IMG/VR virus record: IMGVR_UViG_2630968876_000001
Location: 64,001 to 87,166 of that record
Direction: 5' to 3' (one strand)
DNA length: 23,166 bases
From: a virus
Taxonomy: Duplodnaviria > Heunggongvirae > Uroviricota > Caudoviricetes
Shown one piece after another: positions 17,292 through 23,166 of the stretch. Position numbers and translations under genes: made by a program. The notes below the pieces were generated by a model, which did not search any database, was not told the origin of the DNA, and was given only the letters and a program-made list of their open reading frames with translations. Every line of letters begins with the position of its first letter. Within the stretch, counting starts at the first letter, position 1.

Positions 17292-17304
17292 ATTAATTTA
17301 GAAT
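17292..17304. promoter_or_regulatory. Copy of the putative repressor operator
   Basis: ATTAATTTAGAAT, identical to the 13-mers at 5136-5148 (reverse complement) and 15062-15074, upstream of the 17319 operon. Confidence 0.55.
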
Positions 17305-17318
17305 CCACATTACTAATT

Positions 17319-17531
17319 ATGAAATTGACCAGTGGATTGCAGAACTTGACCAGTAAAAGTACCTCTCCTGCTTTAAACCAGCCGGCGCTTATCGGGGCCA
17401 TCATGTCAGAAATTGGCAATCAGCAACCGGGTGCCACCATCAGCGCCGCACAGTTCAAAGCGATCGCTAAAGCCGCTAACAAAGTTATTGACGCTTTCAA
17501 ACCTCAAGTGAATGAACAGGCTGATGAATAA
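17319..17531 (+). CDS. Hypothetical protein
   Basis: First ORF of a co-oriented cluster. Start uncertain because no clear RBS was seen. Confidence 0.5.
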   Translation: MKLTSGLQNLTSKSTSPALNQPALIGAIMSEIGNQQPGATISAAQFKAIAKAANKVIDAFKPQVNEQADE

Positions 17532-17577
17532 TGATCATAGCGCTGGTGTCCGATTTAAGCGCATGGAGGGTATGTAG

Positions 17578-17844
17578 ATGCCGGTAAGCAGAGCACAGCT
17601 ATTTACTCTGCGCAGAATGCGCAACGGAACCCGCTACATGATGCGGGGCGACAAGGGCTATGGCATTGAAGTTCGCTATGACGTTGCGACCGGGAACCGT
17701 GATGATGTTAGTTGCCGCAGTCTCGCACCGCTGATGCGCAGCGGGCTTATCCGCTTCAAGACCAAACCCACAGACATGACACGCTACTACGAAGTGGAGC
17801 TAACTCCGCAAGGTGTTACAGCAGCAAAAGGAAATATACAGTGA
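17578..17844 (+). CDS. Hypothetical protein, possibly winged-helix-like
   Basis: GGAGG RBS. The C-terminal VELTPQG motif is typical of wHTH wings. GTGA overlap with the next gene. Confidence 0.7.
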   Translation: MPVSRAQLFTLRRMRNGTRYMMRGDKGYGIEVRYDVATGNRDDVSCRSLAPLMRSGLIRFKTKPTDMTRYYEVELTPQGVTAAKGNIQ

Positions 17845-18758
17845 GCCTGCCTAATTTAAACCCATCAGCGCGGGAGCCGCTCGTGGTGAGCTTTTCAGGT
17901 GGCCAGTCGTCGGCGTTTATGTGTGACTTTCTGATACAGAACTATGCGGACGTGTTCGACTTTCACTTTGTCTTTGCTAATACAGGCCGGGAGCATCCTG
18001 AGACGCTCATATTTGCCGACAAGGTGGATAAGCTGTTTGGCCTTAACCTGATATGGCTGGAGGGAGTTACCAGCCCCGTACACGGCACTGGCATGACTTA
18101 CAGGGTTGTAACGTTTGAGACAGCAGCACGCAATGGCGAACCGTTTGAGCAGTTCATCAGCGTGGAGGGTATTCCTAACGTTTCCCGCCAGAAGTGTAGC
18201 GACTACCTGAAAACGCAAACTATCCGCTCATGGATGCGTGCTAACGGGCTTGCCCGCCGTGGCTGGTCTGCTAAAACGGCTATCGGTATGCGTGCTGACG
18301 AGCCGCAGCGGGCGGACATGGATAAAGCCTCAACCAAACGTTACAACCTGGTTTATCCGCTTTGCCACTGGGGCGGATTCACCAAGCGCGACGTTAACGA
18401 CTTCTGGGATGACATGCCATTTAAGCTGAACATTCCGCCGCACTATGGCAACTGCCTTACCTGCTTTAAAAAGAGCGACGCCAAGCTGTTTCTTATCGCC
18501 CACGAACACCCTGAATGGTTCTCATGGAACAACGATATGGAGAAGCGCTTTGGCAGGGTTAAAGCGGCTGAGGGGCATAGCTGGTGGCGCAGGAAGCGAG
18601 GCACCGATCAGCTGATGGAAGAGGCCGGACTGCATGACCACCAGCGCCTTATCTATCTGACTAAAACCGACCCTGACGACGGCGACGGTTGCACCTCTTC
18701 GTGCGATGCCTTCCAGAACGTCGTAGAAGATGAATTTGAAGAGGAGGGCGCAGTATGA
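17841..18758 (+). CDS. PAPS-reductase-like adenine nucleotide alpha-hydrolase family protein with Cys clusters
   Basis: PP-loop SFSGGQSS, FANTGREHPET, CSDYLK, IGMRADE, YPL, NCLTCF and C-terminal CTSSC. GTG start at 17841 inferred from the overlap. Confidence 0.8.
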   Translation: MSLPNLNPSAREPLVVSFSGGQSSAFMCDFLIQNYADVFDFHFVFANTGREHPETLIFADKVDKLFGLNLIWLEGVTSPVHGTGMTYRVVTFETAARNGEPFEQFISVEGIPNVSRQKCSDYLKTQTIRSWMRANGLARRGWSAKTAIGMRADEPQRADMDKASTKRYNLVYPLCHWGGFTKRDVNDFWDDMPFKLNIPPHYGNCLTCFKKSDAKLFLIAHEHPEWFSWNNDMEKRFGRVKAAEGHSWWRRKRGTDQLMEEAGLHDHQRLIYLTKTDPDDGDGCTSSCDAFQNVVEDEFEEEGAV

Positions 18759-19060
18759 GCCAGGCAGTAAAACATTACCCGATGCCGGTTGTGCCGGCGG
18801 AGCTGGTGGAGCCTTTAATCCGCTTTCTGTCCGACCGTGAGGAGCGTATCGAGTTTCCACCTCATATGTTTTCAATACTAAACGCTTTGGGGGAGGAGAT
18901 CGCGCTGGCCGCACTGACTGCAAAGCCTGCCGGGTACACGATTGTTACCGGAGCAGGTAACACATTATTCAGGAAGCACAGGCCAAGACTTCGTGTAACC
19001 AACGAAGCCCCCGTGCCGGTTTATACCGCTCCACCAGCGTCAGTGAGTAACGGGCAATGA
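18755..19060 (+). CDS. Hypothetical protein (101 aa)
   Basis: GAGGAGG RBS. ATGA overlaps on both sides. Confidence 0.7.
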   Translation: MSQAVKHYPMPVVPAELVEPLIRFLSDREERIEFPPHMFSILNALGEEIALAALTAKPAGYTIVTGAGNTLFRKHRPRLRVTNEAPVPVYTAPPASVSNGQ

Positions 19061-19413
19061 ACCTGCGTAAATTCTTTCGCCTGAAAGCGCCCTGCGCAAA
19101 TTGCCCGTTTTTAAAAGTGGGTGGCATAGAGCTGAACACCGGACGGCTGGAGGGGATCAAAGCTAACCTTCTGCGCGATGATTTCAGTTCGTTCTACTGC
19201 CACAAAACCACGCATCTGACAGGCGAGGAAGATGACCAGGACGGCGAACAGGGTTACACCGCGTCCGGCAGAGAGGCACACTGCGCCGGTGCAGCCGCCT
19301 TTCTGCTTTCCCGCGGCCGTCAGAACATCGCCATGCGCCTGGCGTTTGCTGAAGAAGTAATGAAGCCCGCTGATTTTGAACCGGCAATCGCCATAATCGA
19401 CACGCACGACTGA
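19057..19413 (+). CDS. Cys/His-rich putative metal-binding protein
   Basis: PCANCPF, FYCHKT and HCAGA. Translationally coupled to the upstream ORF. Confidence 0.7.
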   Translation: MNLRKFFRLKAPCANCPFLKVGGIELNTGRLEGIKANLLRDDFSSFYCHKTTHLTGEEDDQDGEQGYTASGREAHCAGAAAFLLSRGRQNIAMRLAFAEEVMKPADFEPAIAIIDTHD

Positions 19414-19423
19414 GGACACCACC

Positions 19424-19723
19424 ATGATTACCGATCGTATCACCGACGATGAACTTAAATTGTTCGCGGCAGAGCCTAAAAACAACCTGGCGCTGATGCC
19501 TAATCACGCCATGACGCAGAAGATGGCCGCAGAGCTGCTGGCGCTGCGACACGCTGCCGCTGAGCTGGTGGAGATAACACGGGCAGGGCTGGAATATATC
19601 GACGCGATCCCGGCGGACATAGCCAGTAAGTTTGAGGCAATGCCGGGGTTTAGCCGTGACTGGGCGGAGGACACTATCAGTGAGGCCAGACAGCTACTGC
19701 TTACCGGACAGCCACGCGATTAA
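19424..19723 (+). CDS. Phage hypothetical protein (ead/ea22-like MAAELLALR motif)
   Basis: GAGGA RBS. The motif is common in lambdoid early-region proteins. Confidence 0.65.
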   Translation: MITDRITDDELKLFAAEPKNNLALMPNHAMTQKMAAELLALRHAAAELVEITRAGLEYIDAIPADIASKFEAMPGFSRDWAEDTISEARQLLLTGQPRD

Positions 19724-19800
19724 ATGGCCTGCTGCCATGCTCAAAAAAGCCTAATATGCTTTACCAGAGCCACAGCAAGCGAATCATTAAGGGCGATTTT

Positions 19801-19998
19801 ATGAAAGTGACTGTCAATATTGATGATGAACTGTATGCGCAGGCGCTGGAGCTGGGTAAACCGGGCATGGGCGAAGCAGATATTCTGAATGAGGCATTAA
19901 AGACGTTTATCCGGGTGCAGGCGGCTAAAAAGCTGTCGGAGCTTGGCGGTGCCGCGCCGGATATGGCGAGCATTCAGCGCCATCAGCACCGCGATTAG
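19801..19998 (+). CDS. vapB: VapB-family (RHH-type) antitoxin with no adjacent vapC
   Basis: MKVTVNIDDELYAQALEL, NEALKTFIRVQAAKKLSELGG: the typical short VapB signature. ATG at 19801. Confidence 0.75.
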   Translation: MKVTVNIDDELYAQALELGKPGMGEADILNEALKTFIRVQAAKKLSELGGAAPDMASIQRHQHRD

Positions 19999-20136
19999 TC
20001 AGCCTTTAGTTATATCTTTTTGCGCTTCCCGGCGCGTGCTGGCTTCGATTTCTTTGCGGAGTTCAGCTGCGCGGGCTTTAACGCGAGCGCGACGTTCCGG
20101 GGTGAGCCTGTCCATTAATTCTTTCAGCGTTGCCAT
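19999..20136 (-). CDS. Mini-protein (45 aa) matching the N-terminus of HigA/XRE-type antitoxins, HTH absent (not in the ORF track)
   Basis: MATLKELMDRLTPERRARVKARAAELRKEIEASTRREAQKDITKG. GGTGG RBS. Its stop abuts the vapB stop. Confidence 0.6.
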   Translation of the reverse strand: MATLKELMDRLTPERRARVKARAAELRKEIEASTRREAQKDITKG

Positions 20137-20162
20137 GTTAAACCACCATCAAAATTGTGCTT

Positions 20163-20345
20163 TCAGTGATCAGCGAGCGGAGCGTCTAAATCTACTTCCA
20201 CACCAGCAGCTAACGCCTTAACTCTTTCCCAGTAAAGTACAGATACCGGGATAATGTTCTCTGGATATGTACTGATATCATGTCCAAGATAAGCCAGAAA
20301 CTGTGCTTCGTATTCAGGAGGCAGGGTGTTTTTCAGTATGGTCAT
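20163..20345 (-). CDS. Mini-protein (60 aa) matching the C-terminal half of PrlF/SohA antitoxins, AbrB-like domain absent
   Basis: FLAYLGHDISTYPE...KALAAGVEVDLDAPLAD parallels E. coli PrlF FLRFLDADIQNNPQ...KKLVAGMDVNIDDEIGD (recalled). GGAG RBS 5 nt before the ATG. Confidence 0.7.
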   Translation of the reverse strand: MTILKNTLPPEYEAQFLAYLGHDISTYPENIIPVSVLYWERVKALAAGVEVDLDAPLADH

Positions 20346-20361
20346 GATTTCTCCATATCAT

Positions 20362-20919
20362 TCATGAGTGCGTCAGGTGACGACGCTCAATCAATCTGGT
20401 GGCAATAGATTCCACTTCTGCAAAGTCCTTTGAGATACTGGCTCTTAGCGCCAGATTCCACTTACTGAGTATGCGGGCATTAACAGCCAACTCACTTCCC
20501 GCCTTAATCCGTCCGTTATCCGCCAGCCATTCAGCCACATCAGCCCAGTCCCACAGCGGCAACTGATTTTTGATGCGCTGTACCGGAGAAGGGAAGCCGC
20601 CTTTACCACGCGCGCCGTCTTTGAGCAGGCTGATTGCCTGGCGGGACATTTCAGTACTGGCAGCTATGTCACTGAGTCCGACAAGAGCGGAATCAACAGA
20701 ACTGACTATAGCGCCGATCCGGGCTGATTCAATGTGATCTACGGCAGACGCGATGGCAATATCCAGCGATTCAGCCTCGCGGTCAAACTCCAGGTAAACC
20801 GATTTGCCATAGGCACAGATAATCGCATCGCTGCAGCCGTTCGTAAAAAGCGCATCCTCAAGACCTGGAGTGTCATATGACACGCCTGAAAGCGTCAAAG
20901 CAAAGTTATAGAGCGGCAT
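20362..20919 (-). CDS. HicB-like N-terminal domain plus AlpA-like HTH (putative antitoxin), no upstream toxin
   Basis: N-terminal LEDALFTNGCSDA...LEFDREAESL. HTH LVGLSDIA...MSRQAI...FPSP...LWDWADVAEWL. This family normally follows a HicA-like gene (recalled, not verified). Confidence 0.6.
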   Translation of the reverse strand: MPLYNFALTLSGVSYDTPGLEDALFTNGCSDAIICAYGKSVYLEFDREAESLDIAIASAVDHIESARIGAIVSSVDSALVGLSDIAASTEMSRQAISLLKDGARGKGGFPSPVQRIKNQLPLWDWADVAEWLADNGRIKAGSELAVNARILSKWNLALRASISKDFAEVESIATRLIERRHLTHS

Positions 20920-21031
20920 ATTCACCCATTGTTGTACGACCGGAGGTACGGTAATCCGGTATCTTTCGGTCTACCTTATTAACTATGTTGTCAGCCGTCA
21001 ACGGTGATTGTGACTGAAACCGTTATGCAGA

Positions 21032-21091
21032 TATAACTAAATACAAAATATTATCACTAAAGCGTTGTATGTATAACTAAATATGGTTATA
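21032..21091 (+). promoter_or_regulatory. Putative autoregulatory operator for the RelE/HTH pair
   Basis: Direct repeat TATAACTAAATA at 21032 and 21072. Inverted repeat TATAAC-N8-GTTATA at 21072-21091. Confidence 0.45.
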
Positions 21092-21141
21092 TTGGTTTTG
21101 CAGTTGGTTGTACTTGTTCTTTAACAGCATGGAGAGGGAAG

Positions 21142-21417
21142 ATGCCAGAAGTAAATTGGTCCAAAAAGGCATCCAAACAGCTCGACAGGCTACCTCAGAG
21201 AGACGCTGATAACGTTGAAGATGTAGTGGAGGAGCTTGCAAAGTGGCCTGACATTCCTCACCTGACAGTTGAAAAGCTGACAGATGACAAAGAGAAGCGT
21301 ATGAAGCTGGTTGTCGGCAACTATCGTGTTTTCTGGAAAGTTGTAAAGGGTCAGCCAATAGTGATAGATATTCTGGAAGTGATACGCAGAACATCGACCA
21401 CTTATAAAAAGCGCTAA
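21142..21417 (+). CDS. RelE/HigB-family toxin
   Basis: VNWSKKASKQL, VGNYRVFW and VIRRTSTTY. GAGGG RBS. Confidence 0.8.
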   Translation: MPEVNWSKKASKQLDRLPQRDADNVEDVVEELAKWPDIPHLTVEKLTDDKEKRMKLVVGNYRVFWKVVKGQPIVIDILEVIRRTSTTYKKR

Positions 21418-21570
21418 CAGGACGGCGGGGAAACCCGCCTTACTGACCTCTCCGCATGTTCCGGAACAGGGGTGATTATTCGCTGTGAGACATAAAAAAA
21501 TAGGCAATGCGGCTTTCCCGCTCGCAGATTGATGCTGGCGGGATAAGCCCACCTAAAGGAGTATTTGATC

Positions 21571-21945
21571 ATGAGCACAATACAATATCTGACTGACGCA
21601 ACCGGCAAACGCACCAGTGCAGTTATCCCTATTGAACTGTTTGAACGACTGATGGCCGAAAGCAATCTTGATGAAGCCTTTGAATCCGTGCCTTACACGC
21701 CAGGCCCTGATGATGATGAAACCATTCCTCATGATGTGCTTAAAATCAGACGCAGACAGTCGGTGCCGTTGCACGTTGCCTGGCGCCTGTATCGCGGTTT
21801 ATCACAGGAAGAAGTGGCGCGTGAGCTGGGTATTACTCAGGCTGGCGTATCAAACATGGAGTCGCGCAAAAAGCCTCAAAAGCAGACTCTGGAAAAACTG
21901 GCCGCGCTGTATGAGTGCAGGCCTACACAGCTTTATATTGACTGA
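21571..21945 (+). CDS. HigA-like antitoxin with a C-terminal XRE HTH
   Basis: AWRLYRGLSQEEVARELGITQAGVSNME and PQKQTLEKLA. AAGGAG RBS. Start is 21565 or 21571. Confidence 0.82.
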   Translation: MSTIQYLTDATGKRTSAVIPIELFERLMAESNLDEAFESVPYTPGPDDDETIPHDVLKIRRRQSVPLHVAWRLYRGLSQEEVARELGITQAGVSNMESRKKPQKQTLEKLAALYECRPTQLYID

Positions 21946-22004
21946 CCACCAGCTTAGCGGCTGGTGGCCGGTATTGTTATTTCAGCAATACAGAACGGTA
22001 GAGA

Positions 22005-22448
22005 ATGGAAATCAGGATTAAATGCCCGCACTGCGGATCAGGGAGCGTCAAAAAGAGCAGGGCGGTCTATGAGCAGGGAACCTCAAAGACGCGCAGCGTG
22101 AGTCATACGGGCTGGATCTCAAATCGGGGATCGGGCGGCAGCAGGCGGCAGGGCAAATCAACGCGCCAGTCAGTAGCCGCATCGCGTAACGCGCCTGCTG
22201 GCCGTAAACTGGAAGGCATCGTATTTACCGGCGCATTCTTCCTGTTTACCTGGCTGGCTCTCTGCGTGCAGGGAACAACGCTGCAGTCATCGCTGGCGGC
22301 GGGCGCTGCGCTCTCCATAGTGGTTACAGTGCTGGTGGCATACCTGAACCGGCATAACCGGCGCAGAGCGCTTGAGGACTACGAAAGGCAGTGGTATTGC
22401 AGCAAATGCGGCGACACTTTTTTACGTGATCACGGCGCTGGCGCATAA
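22005..22448 (+). CDS. Hypothetical membrane protein with a split Zn-ribbon (CPHC...CSKC) around two TM helices
   Basis: Two CxxC motifs at the termini and two hydrophobic segments. Confidence 0.7.
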   Translation: MEIRIKCPHCGSGSVKKSRAVYEQGTSKTRSVSHTGWISNRGSGGSRRQGKSTRQSVAASRNAPAGRKLEGIVFTGAFFLFTWLALCVQGTTLQSSLAAGAALSIVVTVLVAYLNRHNRRRALEDYERQWYCSKCGDTFLRDHGAGA

Positions 22449-22549
22449 CATCCGCTAAGGTAACAAGCCAATAGCCCGCAACCCTTCTGCCGCATGGCTT
22501 CAGGCCTGTCAGCTATACTTAATGGACAGGCTCAACAAAGGAGTAAGCG

Positions 22550-22756
22550 ATGAAATGTCCGACATGCGGTGCAGAGGCTTTTGTTTATGACACACGCGAC
22601 GTCCAGCTGAATACGGGCAACCCGGATGACATTGTAGAGGATGTGAAAGGGAGTCATTGCCTGGCCTGCGGAGAGGTGATCGTGGATATGTCAGAGGCCG
22701 ATTCATTCATGAGGAAGGTCAGCGCGCTGGAAGCTGCAGCGGCACACAATCATTGA
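22550..22756 (+). CDS. MqsA/YgiT-type Zn-finger mini-protein (68 aa), HTH absent, no mqsR
   Basis: MKCPTC...HCLACGE...EADSFMRKV parallels E. coli MqsA MKCPVC...YCVHCEE...ESDAFMAQV. AAGGAG RBS and a terminator follows. Confidence 0.8.
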   Translation: MKCPTCGAEAFVYDTRDVQLNTGNPDDIVEDVKGSHCLACGEVIVDMSEADSFMRKVSALEAAAAHNH

Positions 22757-22762
22757 CCCAAC

Positions 22763-22786
22763 AGCCCGCATCGAGCGGGCTTTTTT
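22763..22786 (+). terminator. Rho-independent terminator
   Basis: AGCCCGC-ATCGA-GCGGGCT followed by a T-run. Confidence 0.85.
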
Positions 22787-22813
22787 CTGCACACTTCCGG
22801 AAGGGCTATCCGA

Positions 22814-23161
22814 TTACAGCCCCACCAGCGTGATATGTTTCTTTACCGCCAGCGCGTCATAGAGCGCCTTAGCCAGGCTTGCAGGCTCCACGTAGCCCGC
22901 TCCTGACTGCACCCCATCCGGATCGGCCCAGAACGACTTTATGCGCAGCATGGTATGTATGCCGCTCACGCGCTCCAGTTCCAGTACCGCCAGCGTCCGG
23001 TGACCCGTCCTGCCGTCCGTCTGCGTGGCGTCCATCTCGATGACGGCAGCGCCGGGTGCCGTGCTGTTATAAATAACGTGACAGCGCGCGCCGTTGGATA
23101 ATTTCATGTAACTGCTGTACTGATTCTGCACTGTAGGATGCGGGTATAATAAACATCTCAA
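22814..23161 (-). CDS. Hypothetical protein (start uncertain: ATG at 23107 or near the window edge)
   Basis: ORF converging on the terminator. No family recognised. Confidence 0.55.
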   Translation of the reverse strand: MRCLLYPHPTVQNQYSSYMKLSNGARCHVIYNSTAPGAAVIEMDATQTDGRTGHRTLAVLELERVSGIHTMLRIKSFWADPDGVQSGAGYVEPASLAKALYDALAVKKHITLVGL

Positions 23162-23166
23162 TTCCC

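Larger units (their letters stand above)
1..23166. mobile_element. Segment of a P1-like phage-plasmid (temperate phage with an iteron plasmid replicon)
   Basis: Homologs of P1 repA, ref, dmt, hrdC, phd and tail/baseplate genes 5, 6, 24, 7, 25, 26 occur together, with the structural genes in P1 order, plus a P1 oriR-like origin. Confidence 0.9.

Noticed and set aside
17712-17840. N-terminal extension of the PAPS-reductase-like ORF given in the track
   Set aside because: It overlaps the 17578-17844 gene. The GTG at 17841, overlapping that gene's stop, is the more plausible start.
20926-21000. Possible 3' remnant of a HicA-like toxin (reads NKVDR on the minus strand) upstream of the HicB-like gene
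   Set aside because: The match is only 4-5 residues, has no start codon, and overlaps the probable promoter (TTGACG-17-TAAGGT). It is too short to support without an alignment.

Overview
This window is a segment of a P1-like phage-plasmid (extrachromosomal temperate phage); an Enterobacterales host is inferred from the gene families. From left to right it contains: (1) a minus-strand operon of rdgC/hrdC, a TGT/DpdA-like TIM-barrel gene and a fused C5-cytosine + Dam adenine methyltransferase (P1 dmt-like); (2) the P1 morphogenesis block pmg-like, 26, 25, 7, 24, 6, 5; (3) a complete higBA module; (4) ref; (5) a P1/IncFIB-type iteron replicon with DnaA boxes, AGATCC repeats, 5 upstream iterons, repA and a 16-copy downstream array; (6) an orphan phd; (7) LexA-controlled umuDC; (8) an accessory operon with a PAPS-reductase-like gene; (9) a dense toxin-antitoxin (TA) region. 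The main observation is six antitoxin-like genes with no cognate toxin beside them: Phd, VapB, a HicB-like HTH protein, and three mini-proteins. The mini-proteins have their own RBS and start codon, lack the DNA-binding domain, and correspond to the PrlF C-terminal half, the MqsA Zn-finger and a HigA-type N-terminus. This suggests a battery of toxin-neutralising decoys. A recurring ATTCTAAA/TTTAGAAT motif upstream of rdgC-dmt, ref and other early-type genes looks like a C1-type repressor operator. All homology calls come from motif recognition by eye; no database search was run.
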